IMG/VR virus record: IMGVR_UViG_3300033182_001068
Coordinates: 1-64,000 of that record
Strand: one strand, 5' to 3'
Length of the DNA stretch: 64,000 nucleotides
Source: a virus
Shown: positions 7,283 through 15,868 of the stretch, piece by piece
How positions within the stretch are numbered: position 1 is the stretch's first letter
Layout: every line of letters begins with the position of its first letter
The notes under the pieces: generated by a model
Databases searched by the model: none
Told to the model about the DNA's origin: nothing
Seen by the model: only the letters and a program-made list of their open reading frames with translations
Translations under genes and position numbers: made by a program

Positions 7283-8260
7283 TTAGCCAAACATGCACTT
7301 CCACGTCTTGGGTCCGACAACACCATCGCTTGGGCCACAGCAGGCAGCATTGAGTTTCTGCCACGCCTTCACTCGGCGTTCCGTGGCAGGACCAAAGTCG
7401 CCGTCTTGCTTGGCATGGACGATGGTTTGGACCAACTTCACGGAGTCTCCCTTTGAGCCCTTCTTCAGCGGGCTGCCGGGATACTCGTTTGCAGGCTGGT
7501 TGTCAGTGTCTGCGTTGTCATCAGTTGTTGGCTCCTTGCCGTCAAGGCTTTTGGCGTGCTTCTCGCAGCCCGGACCCCAGATGCCATCGACGTGAAGGTC
7601 GTGTTTTGCTTGCCACTCTCGGAGAGCGGCAGCCGTTTTGGGGCCGAAATCTCCGTCTGCGGTCGCACCGATGATCTTTTGCATTTCTTTGACTTCGTCA
7701 CCCTTGGAACCTTGCGTCAACCAAGGCGACTTTCCGGCAGGAGCCTTCGGAGCGGGCTGAGAAGCGGAGGCTTTGACTTCCTTCGGGGGATCACCAAGGA
7801 GCGCTTTCATGGTGTCAATGTAGAACTGGCCATCGTCCGCCTTAGCATTGCTGACCTCGATATGGACCCAATCGCCGCCGGGAACGCCAGAAAACGCTTT
7901 TCTTGAATACACCATCCAAGCGTCACGATCGCATTTGTATCCACGACCGTAAGGTGCGGGGTAGTAGTCGAAAACGGCTTCGATGTGAAGGGCATCTGCG
8001 TTGGCGACCAAGAAGTCCATCATTTTGACAGCGTCGTCGTAGTTGCCGGTTCCACGGTAAGGGGCGCCACGCCAAGAAAGATCGGCCCCACGCCCTGTAG
8101 CATGTACGCTATAAGAGGACTTGCCCCTCTTCTTCCTTACAGCAAACGTTCCGTTGTTCCAAAGACCGAAGTACGCCTCAAGGAGATCGACGAGCGTTTC
8201 GAGGCCTGCTCGTTTTCCGCCTGCGATTGCATCAAATCCCGTGTATGGACGTTTCGACAT
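7283..8260 (-). CDS. endolysin: N-terminal LAS-type zinc peptidase + two PG_binding_1 repeats
   Basis: HATGRGAD (Hx6D) and DWVHIEV motifs. Two repeats of GSKGD.VK..Q.I....DGDFGP.T......WQ. Confidence 0.8.
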   Translation of the reverse strand: MSKRPYTGFDAIAGGKRAGLETLVDLLEAYFGLWNNGTFAVRKKRGKSSYSVHATGRGADLSWRGAPYRGTGNYDDAVKMMDFLVANADALHIEAVFDYYPAPYGRGYKCDRDAWMVYSRKAFSGVPGGDWVHIEVSNAKADDGQFYIDTMKALLGDPPKEVKASASQPAPKAPAGKSPWLTQGSKGDEVKEMQKIIGATADGDFGPKTAAALREWQAKHDLHVDGIWGPGCEKHAKSLDGKEPTTDDNADTDNQPANEYPGSPLKKGSKGDSVKLVQTIVHAKQDGDFGPATERRVKAWQKLNAACCGPSDGVVGPKTWKCMFG

Positions 8261-8287
8261 GACGTACCTCGTTGTTCGTTGACTTGC

Positions 8288-8306
8288 AATGTAAGCCTAC
8301 ATTATA
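8288..8306 (-). promoter_or_regulatory. candidate lysis-cassette promoter: perfect TATAAT overlapped by a 6-4-6 palindrome
   Basis: Minus strand reads CGGTATAATGTAGGCTTACATT. The -10 hexamer is at 8301-8306. The palindrome AATGTA-ggct-TACATT (+ strand: AATGTA-agcc-TACATT) is at 8288-8303. It lies about 40 nt upstream of the ATG at 8260. Confidence 0.4.
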
Positions 8307-8311
8307 CCGTA

Positions 8312-8509
8312 TTAGTCATCTGGCTTAAAAAGTAGCGCGCCCAGTAGGTGGAAAAACAGGGATGCGCCGCTAATCCACAGACCCCACCTGAGAGTTTCAC
8401 CACTTAGCGTGATAAGTACAAGCCCTGTACCACCCAGCGTCCACGAAAGCGCCAAAAGTTCATTCCTCAGATTTCTGAGAATTTTCGCGAAATTCTTTAG
8501 GATTGCCAT
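8312..8509 (-). CDS. small membrane protein (2 TM)
   Basis: 65 aa with two hydrophobic segments and GGGGGAA upstream. Confidence 0.5.
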   Translation of the reverse strand: MAILKNFAKILRNLRNELLALSWTLGGTGLVLITLSGETLRWGLWISGASLFFHLLGALLFKPDD

Positions 8510-8529
8510 TCTTCCCCCAATTTGACGAT

Positions 8530-10860
8530 TCAGTCGTCCTTACCTGATCCTCCGGACCCACCAGATGACCCGCCGGAAGATCCCCCTCCCGAAGGACCTC
8601 CCCCTGAAGGTCCTCCCGAACCTCCGGCTGGCCCACTTGGTGCAGGCGGAGCCGGTGGTGCTGGCGGAACAGGCCGTGGAGCCGGAACCGGAATAGGAAC
8701 AGTCATCGCAACAACTGTCGCCGCAACAATTATACGGCGTTCTGACACTGTGATATTGGAACCAGAGGGCACATATTCCTCTGTCGCCCCATCAAAAATG
8801 TCTACCTCTTCCTCAAATACCTCTTTCACTTCATCAGATTCATCAGACAAAGCATCGGCGATAACCCCTATCTGATCATCAGTAAGCGTGTCGAAATTGT
8901 CGTCGCTGACAAGACTTTCGATGTCTTCTACTGTGACTTCTTCTTCGGCAATGACCTTGAACACTTCTCCCGCAAGTTCGTCGTCTTCAATTTTCTCTGT
9001 AATTGCAATGGCTTCTGCAATTTTCTCTTCATTTTCGCTGACGATTTCTGGTTGACGTACCGGGTTGGTTGTGGTCGTGGTGGGGGTGTGGACGGTTGTT
9101 GTTGATGCAACTATGGCCTCCGTTGTGGTCGTCGGTGGAACAGTGGTTGTGGAAGTAGTTGTCGTTGTCGGTGGGGCGCTAGTCGTCGTTGACGTTGTTG
9201 TCGTTGGTGGAGCGGTAGTCGTCGTCGACGTTGTCGTGGTTGGTGGCACCGTCGTCGTTGTTGACGTAGTAGTCGTAGTTGTCGAGGTAGTCGTAATTGG
9301 GGGCACCGTAGACGTCGTGGGGGGCGGCGGCGGTGATGTGGTGGTTGTCGTGGTAGTGCTTGTAGTTGTTGATGGCGGTGCCTCCGTTGTCGTGGTCGGC
9401 GGCAACGTCGTTGTTGTCGTCGACGTGGTTGTTGTTGTAGGAGAAGTTGTCGTGGTTGGAGGGGTCGGCTCCTCAACGGTCAAGGTCACTTGTGTGGACC
9501 AACCGGAGTACAAGCCAAGAGTGTCGTTGTCTGAGCGCACATCGAAGACGTATTCTTCGCCAAGCCCACCGGTGCTCTCAAACGTGCTGAACGCTATTGT
9601 GTATTCGGTACTAAGGGCGTTTTCGTCGCCAACATTTCCAGTTGCCAGACCCCAGCCTGCGTTGGGTGGAATTCTAAAAGAAATGGCGTAACGCTCTGGG
9701 TCGACATTTCCTGTATTTGGTGCATCCCAGTCGAGAAAGACTCCATTTGCGGTGATTTCACCAGTCAGGTTCATTGGCGGGCCAATGGTTTGCGGAATCG
9801 TGGTCGTTGTAGTTGTCGTCGTAGTCGTCGTTGTGGTCGTAGGGGCAGCCGTCGTCGTAGTCGTCGTGGTTACCGGGGTAGCCCACGTCCATTCATTGAC
9901 AACAAAGCCGCACAAGGTGGCAGAGTGAAGCCCTTGGCACGTATCCCAAGAGGCATTAGATGACCAGCCATTAGGTGCAGAGTTGCTGTTGATCGAGTTG
10001 AAATACGGGTTGGTCAGCAGACTGGTGAGGTCTGTCCACTCGGCGCTCCCGTCGAGTTTTGCCTTGAAGGACACTTCTTTGACCTGCGTGCCGTAGTTGC
10101 CGCCCCAGCCTTCGCCGTCTTTGGCCCAGATGCGGATTTTGACGGTGTCCCAGTTTGTCGAGTCTTGTACGCTTGTCGAGATGGACGCTTGGAACCAGCC
10201 AGACCCGACCTCAGTCCAAGAAGTAGGCGCAGAAGATGTGATGTTGCCTTGAAGAAGGCCGCCTGATGCGTCGTATGCGGCGTACTGCGCTCTGACGTAG
10301 TCGTTTACATCGTAAGTCCGTCTTACGAGCGGAGTGACAATGATGGAGTCGATCTCGCCCGCATACGAAGAAACGTCAATCGTCTGCTCGATGTATCTGG
10401 GGCTGTAAGTGAACTTGACGCCGTTCCAAGTGTTGAAGTCGGTAGCCAGAGTTTGATCGGTGACAAGTGTGTACTCACCACCGTCGTAACCGTTCCCTCT
10501 TTGCGTACAACAGTACCCAGCGTGGATACGGTAGACGCCAGCGTCTAGCGTCGTATCGATCTTTGATGAAACACATTGCGTGTCACCATCGTGGTTACCG
10601 TCGTCATTTGATGCGAGTTCTGTACCAGACAAGTCGTACAGCCACAAATGTGGGTCAGACGCTACTTGTGTGCAGGAACTGTTCGAGTTGCCGTAAATGA
10701 CAACATTGGTGTCGTCTTCCGAAACTTCGAAATACCAGTCGGATTCTTCAGTAACCGTATAAGTTGCCGCCGCTGCGGGGACTGCTGGAGTTAAAACCGC
10801 AAATAATGCAGTAATCGCAAAGATCCACGCCCCCCTGCGCGTTCGCATCCCCCAGCGCAT
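8530..10860 (-). CDS. secreted, C-terminally membrane-anchored multidomain protein
   Basis: Order of elements: signal peptide (..AVPAAAA|TY), PPC-type domain (DPHLWLYDLSGTELASNDDG...GVYRIHAG), a roughly 230-aa beta-rich domain, a poly-Thr linker, an FN3-like domain (PPMNLTGEITANGVFLDWDAP...), a roughly 140-aa Thr/Pro block, an acidic region, a TM helix (IIVAATVVAMTV) and a Pro/Gly/Ser tail. Confidence 0.75.
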   Translation of the reverse strand: MRWGMRTRRGAWIFAITALFAVLTPAVPAAAATYTVTEESDWYFEVSEDDTNVVIYGNSNSSCTQVASDPHLWLYDLSGTELASNDDGNHDGDTQCVSSKIDTTLDAGVYRIHAGYCCTQRGNGYDGGEYTLVTDQTLATDFNTWNGVKFTYSPRYIEQTIDVSSYAGEIDSIIVTPLVRRTYDVNDYVRAQYAAYDASGGLLQGNITSSAPTSWTEVGSGWFQASISTSVQDSTNWDTVKIRIWAKDGEGWGGNYGTQVKEVSFKAKLDGSAEWTDLTSLLTNPYFNSINSNSAPNGWSSNASWDTCQGLHSATLCGFVVNEWTWATPVTTTTTTTAAPTTTTTTTTTTTTTTIPQTIGPPMNLTGEITANGVFLDWDAPNTGNVDPERYAISFRIPPNAGWGLATGNVGDENALSTEYTIAFSTFESTGGLGEEYVFDVRSDNDTLGLYSGWSTQVTLTVEEPTPPTTTTSPTTTTTSTTTTTLPPTTTTEAPPSTTTSTTTTTTTSPPPPPTTSTVPPITTTSTTTTTTSTTTTVPPTTTTSTTTTAPPTTTTSTTTSAPPTTTTTSTTTVPPTTTTEAIVASTTTVHTPTTTTTNPVRQPEIVSENEEKIAEAIAITEKIEDDELAGEVFKVIAEEEVTVEDIESLVSDDNFDTLTDDQIGVIADALSDESDEVKEVFEEEVDIFDGATEEYVPSGSNITVSERRIIVAATVVAMTVPIPVPAPRPVPPAPPAPPAPSGPAGGSGGPSGGGPSGGGSSGGSSGGSGGSGKDD
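9056..9475 (-). repeat. Thr/Pro-rich low-complexity coding repeat
   Basis: Encodes ...PPTTTTSPTTTTTSTTTTTLPPTTTT...VPPTTTTSTTTTAPPTTTT... It generates the spurious poly-Val (+) and Arg/Gln (-) ORFs in the track. Confidence 0.85.
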
Positions 10861-11145
10861 TTACACGATTCTGTTTGGACCTTCGAGTTTGTCAATAACG
10901 AGAGCCAGCCTGTCGGCCAGATGGCCAAGTTTCAAATAGACGGGCCAGTCGGGGTCGTTAGCAGCAACAGTCGGAAGATCGGTCTCGGGGTCGTGCCACA
11001 GATTTCCGATCTGCGTAATGTCATCCAGCGAATCAACGTCAAGGCCAAGCGCAGCCGACATTGAATAAATGTTGGTTTCCAGATCACGACGCGCACTTTC
11101 TAGCGCGTGGCGTCTTTGTTCAGGAGTGAGTTGCAAATTAGCCAT
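10861..11145 (-). CDS. small helical protein, distal member of the 21.5-22.2 kb small-protein family
   Basis: LTPEQRRHALESARRDLETNIYSMSAALGLDVDSLDD aligns by eye with ORFs 21704-21922 and 21938-22150. Confidence 0.55.
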   Translation of the reverse strand: MANLQLTPEQRRHALESARRDLETNIYSMSAALGLDVDSLDDITQIGNLWHDPETDLPTVAANDPDWPVYLKLGHLADRLALVIDKLEGPNRIV

Positions 11146-11171
11146 TGTCGATCACCATTACCTATTGTACA

Positions 11172-12746
11172 TCACACATTAAGAAGGACAGTTGCGTAGC
11201 CACCATTTGAGGTGTTGATTGAGGCAGCAATCGAGTCAGTGACGATCAAAACGCCGCCTCTTGCCCCTGTCGACCCTGTTGCGCCGGTGCCGCCCGCACC
11301 GCCAGTTCCTGCATTTCCAGCCGTACCGGGATTGCCTCGCGTGCCTGCAGAACCGCCAGCGCCCCCCGCACCGCCCGCAATTGCAGGGTAGTGAGTTGCG
11401 GAGTTGTGATTTCCGCCCGCAGTGGCATGGTTTTCTGTAGCGGCAGGGTTGTGGTCACCCGCAGTGTGGTGATGGTTCGTTGTGGCCGGGTTGTGACCAT
11501 CGACATAGTGGTGGTTGTGGTTCGGGTTGTAGTTCGGGTTGCAGTGATGGTTACCGGTCGGGTTGCCGCCACCAGTGTGCAGGTGATGGGCGTTGCTGCG
11601 ATATCCAGTGTTGTGGTAATACTGGAAGTAGCCGTCGTAGTGATAGTGGTGGTGAGAGTTGCTGCGCTGGTGATGCTGATAGGTGGGGTTTGTGTCCGCC
11701 TTGCAGTCGTGGTTTGCGACAGTCGCTCCACCGTGGGCTTGGGCATGGTTTTCTGTAGATGGGGTGTGTGACGACGTGTGATGATGGTTTTGTGTCGCTG
11801 CAGGGTTATGCCCGCTCACATAATGGTTGATCGGGTTCTGCGTGGCTGCGGTATGCGTTGCAGGGTAAGTGTGGCCTTGGTTTCCTGCATTTCCTGCGTT
11901 TCCGGGGTTGCCAAAAGAACCTGCGGTTCCGGGGTTGCCGTCTGCGCCGGTTGCGCCAGTGGTTCCGGCGTAACCGACCCGTCCGACTGACTCGATGATG
12001 GGGTTCACGACCCCGTTAGAGTTATCGAAAACGATGTTTTTAGCAACGACAAGAACAAGCCCGCCGCCTTCGCCGCCGTCACCACCAGTGCCAGTCGCCC
12101 CTTGGGCGCCTTGGTTTCCGGGGTTTCCGTCAGTTCCGGGATTTCCTGCGTTTCCGGGGTTGCCCGGATTGCCAGCCCCAGACATTCCCCACTCTCGATA
12201 AACGCCGACTTCGCCAGTGGCACCTGCCCCACCTGCACCGCCTGCTCCACCGGCACCGCCTGCCCCACCGGGGTTGCCGGGCGACCCGGCAACATCGGCA
12301 CCCACGGCGCCTTCCGCTCCACCTTCGACTCTCTTGAACCCGTCGGTGATGTCGTAGCGCCAACCACGCAAAGCAAAATTGAGGTCTTTTCGAACGTCTG
12401 CTGGGACTTGCGTACCTGACGAATCACCAATCACGTACGTCTTGGTGATGCCGGGAACGTTGTCATCGGCACGCCCGATGAGAGTTCCAAACGTGTTCAC
12501 GTTATCGACGCTCGACGGCATCCCTAGTTTTGAACCGGAATGCATTGTTAGCGTTTCAGCAACAAACACCCTGTAACCATTAGTAAAGAGGGTTGAGTTG
12601 GCGTTAATCGTAAGATTGTTGAAGTAGTAGTCGCGGTTCATGATGAAAGTGCCGCTAATAACGGTCGTCCCATCGGGCCCCAAACCGTAAACACTGTCGT
12701 TCCCCAGACGCTGGTCGGGTTTTACCTTGACTCGCCGAATACCCAT
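11172..12746 (-). CDS. tail fibre protein with collagen-like Gly-X-Y tracts and a His-rich core
   Basis: Runs such as GNPGNPGNAGNPGTDGNPGNQGAQGATG. The N-terminus is paralogous to 12746-13426. A His/Asn-rich block sits between collagen-like tracts. Confidence 0.75.
   Translation of the reverse strand: MGIRRVKVKPDQRLGNDSVYGLGPDGTTVISGTFIMNRDYYFNNLTINANSTLFTNGYRVFVAETLTMHSGSKLGMPSSVDNVNTFGTLIGRADDNVPGITKTYVIGDSSGTQVPADVRKDLNFALRGWRYDITDGFKRVEGGAEGAVGADVAGSPGNPGGAGGAGGAGGAGGAGATGEVGVYREWGMSGAGNPGNPGNAGNPGTDGNPGNQGAQGATGTGGDGGEGGGLVLVVAKNIVFDNSNGVVNPIIESVGRVGYAGTTGATGADGNPGTAGSFGNPGNAGNAGNQGHTYPATHTAATQNPINHYVSGHNPAATQNHHHTSSHTPSTENHAQAHGGATVANHDCKADTNPTYQHHQRSNSHHHYHYDGYFQYYHNTGYRSNAHHLHTGGGNPTGNHHCNPNYNPNHNHHYVDGHNPATTNHHHTAGDHNPAATENHATAGGNHNSATHYPAIAGGAGGAGGSAGTRGNPGTAGNAGTGGAGGTGATGSTGARGGVLIVTDSIAASINTSNGGYATVLLNV
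11382..11873 (-). repeat. His/Asn-rich low-complexity block (34 His in 164 aa by manual count)
   Basis: Contains repeated GHNPA(A/T)T(Q/N/E)NHH-type units and HxH/HHH clusters (NHHHTS, SHHHYHY, NHNHHY, NHHHTA). Confidence 0.8.
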
Positions 12747-13426
12747 CAGTCGACCTCTAGGTAAATAGCCGTACCCTCCGCAGCGCCGCCCTGACCATCC
12801 ACATTGAGAACCAGTCCGGCTGGAGCCACTGAAGGCGTGCTGACAAGCATCACAACACCGCCCCCAGCGTCGGTTCCGCCAGTTGCGGCGATTTGCGCTG
12901 TGCCGTCGATCGAAATGTACCGAGCGGCGACGATCACAACACCGCCACCGCTATCAGTGGTTGAACCCGCACCACCCTTGAGATATACAGGACCTCCGGA
13001 GGATGCTGTAATCTGATACCCAAGAATCGCCTGCGAGGGATACTGGTAGTACTGTGATCCGCCATTTGCTGCGGTTGGAGCCGTTGCGGTTTCCCCAGTA
13101 CCGGAGTTCCCACCCAAACTGTTCGTTACTGATGCGCCAGCAGCGCCACCGCCAGACACGGACCCTTCCCCAGAGAAACCTCCGGGCAAACCAACGACAG
13201 CATTGTTGTTGAGAACAAGGTTGTTCTTGACAAACAGCCGGTAACCGTTCGTGTTCAACGTTACGCCACTATCGATAGTGAGGTTGAGGTAGTACATGTC
13301 CGCAGACATGGTCGTGTTGGCAGTGATGGTTGCGTCCCCATCGACTCCCGTTCCGTAAATTTCATCTGCTGAATTTACGTACTCTTCAAGGGGATCTGGG
13401 GCGTTCAGCCTTACGATCCCCCCCAT
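12746..13426 (-). CDS. Gly-rich tail fibre protein (paralog of the 11172-12746 N-terminal domain)
   Basis: Shared pattern YYLNLTIDSGVTLNTNGYRLFV vs YYFNNLTINANSTLFTNGYRVFV. Gly/Ala/Ser-rich C-terminal part. 1-nt start/stop overlaps on both sides. Confidence 0.7.
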   Translation of the reverse strand: MGGIVRLNAPDPLEEYVNSADEIYGTGVDGDATITANTTMSADMYYLNLTIDSGVTLNTNGYRLFVKNNLVLNNNAVVGLPGGFSGEGSVSGGGAAGASVTNSLGGNSGTGETATAPTAANGGSQYYQYPSQAILGYQITASSGGPVYLKGGAGSTTDSGGGVVIVAARYISIDGTAQIAATGGTDAGGGVVMLVSTPSVAPAGLVLNVDGQGGAAEGTAIYLEVD

Positions 13427-13797
13427 TAGGAACCGTCCTCGACGACAGCGTTAACGGTCAGGTTAACCGAACTGGCAGCGCTGGCTCGCGCGTAAATCTG
13501 ATCGCCCGTTCCGCCGCTTTCTTCAAGTACAAGAGATAGGTTGATCATCGTTGTTTCGTTAGCCTGCATGGTCAAATCGTGAAAAACGATGTGCTGGTTT
13601 CCTGCAGTAGCGCCATAAGGAACAACCCACATCGTCACAGTTTTTACAGATGAAGTCAGGTTTGACAGAATGATCTGCTTGACAATGGCGGTTTCACCGG
13701 CAGGAACAACGTATGAAGAAGATCCGGGCAGAGTCGTGCTGTTGGCAGTCGTGCCCAAAGTAACAGGCCCGACAATTCTCTTCTGGTTAAAGGCCAT
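13426..13797 (-). CDS. hypothetical fibre-module protein (123 aa)
   Basis: ORF preceded by GAGAGGA and overlapping the next gene by 1 nt. No motif recognised. Confidence 0.6.
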   Translation of the reverse strand: MAFNQKRIVGPVTLGTTANSTTLPGSSSYVVPAGETAIVKQIILSNLTSSVKTVTMWVVPYGATAGNQHIVFHDLTMQANETTMINLSLVLEESGGTGDQIYARASAASSVNLTVNAVVEDGS

Positions 13798-13842
13798 CGC
13801 TAATCCTCTCAGGCAGAACGTTCTTGTTACATGTTACCAGCA

Positions 13843-14688
13843 TTAAGGGGTCCGAAACAGACGGAAAAGCCTGTCTCTGAACCTCTTTTTGGCTGGCTGT
13901 GAACCGTGAAATACGGGGCAAACTTCGTCCTGTTTCCGCTGTTGCATCCGGTACTTCCGGTTCCGATTCTCGTCGTAGCCGACAAACACTTCCCCCATGC
14001 CTCGTGGGAAAATCAACTCATGGACATTTTGATCACCGTAAATGACCTTGTAGTCAACCGTTCGAGGAAATGTGATGATATGGGCGATCTTGGTACCCAT
14101 CGGAATGACAAACTCGTCCTCGTCGGTAAAAATGTTCAGAACCCAGTTCATATGGTGATAAAAATCCGTATGAACAACACCCGGTACAAGACTCCATCGG
14201 CGGTCCTGCTCCCACAGAACCGGCAAAATCATTGAGGACCAGCCGGGCGCTGTCTTGATCTCCCAAGGGTTAAGGATCTTGATCCAGTTTCCAGTCTCTA
14301 CAGCGCGCCCATTTGTTGCAGGGATTGGGCCAGTCTGCTCGTACCCAAAACTTTCAACTCCCAAACCCTGAATCTCTTCTTGAGTGTCATACCTTGCCTC
14401 CCACCCGGTCGAAAACGCATTTTTTCGGATGCGTACGTCGCATGGGAGCCGTAGAGTCATGCCCGTGTTCAGGAAATCCTGTGTGCCTTGGCATCGTTTC
14501 AAGGTTTGCTGTTCAGCATTCAGTTTCTTGAACCAGTCGGGGAAATGCAGGAAGTTGTCAATCGGGTCGATTCTCTGGTCGTAAAGACGGTTAGTGAGTG
14601 GGGCAACGAGGATTTGGCCCGGCTGAATCTCCGGAATGTCCCCAAAAGTCTTGGCAGAAACAAGGTCTTCGCTTTTGCGTTCAGGCAT
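13843..14688 (-). CDS. cupin-like protein, paralog of 28071-28793
   Basis: By-eye alignment with 28071-28793: KRCQGTQDFLNTGMTLRLPCDVRI vs YKCLPLTEANVNGWELVLQQDVVI; NPWEIKTAPGW vs TGWSFSTPPGI; MNWVL...IPMGTKIAHIITF vs MNWKI...FPAGSPFMFFQF. It may belong to an uncharacterised phage/bacterial DUF family (unverified). Confidence 0.55.
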   Translation of the reverse strand: MPERKSEDLVSAKTFGDIPEIQPGQILVAPLTNRLYDQRIDPIDNFLHFPDWFKKLNAEQQTLKRCQGTQDFLNTGMTLRLPCDVRIRKNAFSTGWEARYDTQEEIQGLGVESFGYEQTGPIPATNGRAVETGNWIKILNPWEIKTAPGWSSMILPVLWEQDRRWSLVPGVVHTDFYHHMNWVLNIFTDEDEFVIPMGTKIAHIITFPRTVDYKVIYGDQNVHELIFPRGMGEVFVGYDENRNRKYRMQQRKQDEVCPVFHGSQPAKKRFRDRLFRLFRTP

Positions 14689-14706
14689 GCTTACACCCTA
14701 CACCAG

Positions 14707-15420
14707 TCAGACTTTGGTAATAAGTGAAAGCCCCAAGGAGATAGGAATGTGGGAAACACGGACATCGTCTCGTGCCGCAAGGTCGGTAAACATCGGCCAG
14801 AAGTCGTGCGCTTCCCCGAGCCGAACGAGGTTGCCCTGATCGAGGGAAATGCCCAAGATGACTGTTCCGCCATCGGCACAGTTGTTGATAGCAGCCTCAA
14901 GCATCTCTGGGTTGGCGCTTGCGTCGGCAGCCTCAATGATCGAAATATCGAACTTTTGTGGGAACACTCCAGAACGAGCGTCGGCATGGGTTACAACGGT
15001 GTATTCCAAGTCATTTGGCAGCCCGAAGTGGCGTTCGACGTAATCGAGGTGAATGGAGTTCTCGACGAAAAGGTCGGCTTCGATGCCTGCTGTCATCATG
15101 AATTTCAAGACCGTGCTGTCCGAAAGGTACAACGATGCCGGTTTTGCGGCCCGAACAACACCTTCCACGATTGAGCAGTAAGCAGCAAAAGTGGTGTTGA
15201 AGTTGAACGACCCTGTCGCAATCAGGTCGTAGTTGACGATTTCGGTAGCAAATCCAATGGAGTTGCGATCTTGGGGTGCTCCGAGAGCGATTTCTTCTTG
15301 TTTGACTGCTTGACCAAACGATGTTCTGCGTTCGAGTGTGTAGTTCTCGCGGTGCGCGGTGTTCGAGATTGACTCGGTCATCGAAAACAACTGGGGCGCT
15401 GTCACGTCAATGCTGTCCAT
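14707..15420 (-). CDS. hypothetical protein, possible Rossmann/class-I methyltransferase-like fold
   Basis: YDLIATGSFNF...LYLSD...FDISIIEAAD...LEAAINNCADGGTVILGIS has the beta-strand/acidic-residue spacing of SAM-MTases, but no clean GxGxG. It shares an (A/I)(T/S)GSF motif with 22705-23478. Confidence 0.4.
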   Translation of the reverse strand: MDSIDVTAPQLFSMTESISNTAHRENYTLERRTSFGQAVKQEEIALGAPQDRNSIGFATEIVNYDLIATGSFNFNTTFAAYCSIVEGVVRAAKPASLYLSDSTVLKFMMTAGIEADLFVENSIHLDYVERHFGLPNDLEYTVVTHADARSGVFPQKFDISIIEAADASANPEMLEAAINNCADGGTVILGISLDQGNLVRLGEAHDFWPMFTDLAARDDVRVSHIPISLGLSLITKV

Positions 15421-15421
15421 T

Positions 15422-15700
15422 TCAGGCCATCCTTGCTTTCAAAACGTCCCTGTAATAACAGTGACGGCGAGCATCCTGCTTGGTGCGAGTAAAAACCCGG
15501 TACATCTGCCGCTGAGCAGTAGTTGTCAGAGTTGATTTATCGACAATGCCGTCAGGGTAGTAGTGCCCGGCAAGAAGCCCCATCAGTTCATCGACAGTGA
15601 TGTCAGCGGCGCGAGTTTCGTCTTCGCCACACAGCGCGATAAGGGATGCCACGGCAACAATCCGGTAGTCGTAATCATCTTGGATGTTGTATTGACCCAT
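15422..15700 (-). CDS. hypothetical protein (92 aa)
   Basis: Track ORF. Its ATG overlaps the upstream stop by 1 nt. Confidence 0.55.
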   Translation of the reverse strand: MGQYNIQDDYDYRIVAVASLIALCGEDETRAADITVDELMGLLAGHYYPDGIVDKSTLTTTAQRQMYRVFTRTKQDARRHCYYRDVLKARMA

Positions 15701-15837
15701 TACTCGGACTCTTCTTCCATATCGAAGGGAACGTTTTCGATGACGAAGCAGGAAACGATGTTGTCCTCGGCATCATCATCCCGAATGAATCGCTGGACAT
15801 CAGGGTCCCAGCCTTCAGGGACGTAAGTGTCACTCAT
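15700..15837 (-). CDS. small acidic protein (45 aa) ending ...DMEEESE
   Basis: Hand-translated: MSDTYVPEGWDPDVQRFIRDDDAEDNIVSCFVIENVPFDMEEESE. It fills the gap between two genes, and TAATG couples it to the next. Confidence 0.45.
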   Translation of the reverse strand: MSDTYVPEGWDPDVQRFIRDDDAEDNIVSCFVIENVPFDMEEESE

Positions 15838-15868
15838 CACTACCTCCTACACCTTACAGTTTACACCA

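Noticed and set aside
9065-9691. Poly-Val plus-strand ORF (208 aa) and the Arg/Gln-rich minus ORF 9111-9476
   Set aside because: They are mirror or off-frame artefacts of the Thr/Pro-rich coding block of 8530-10860.
11246-11771. Alternative-frame ORFs in the His-rich region (166 aa Thr-rich on the minus strand; 126 aa and 92 aa on the plus strand)
   Set aside because: Low-complexity sequence keeps several frames open. Only the 524-aa frame is continuous with the conserved fibre N-terminus and the collagen-like tracts.
13815-13824. A 10-bp perfect palindrome AGAACGTTCT at the left edge of the island
   Set aside because: It is short enough to occur by chance. I noted no second copy at the right edge, so I do not call it an att or recombination site.
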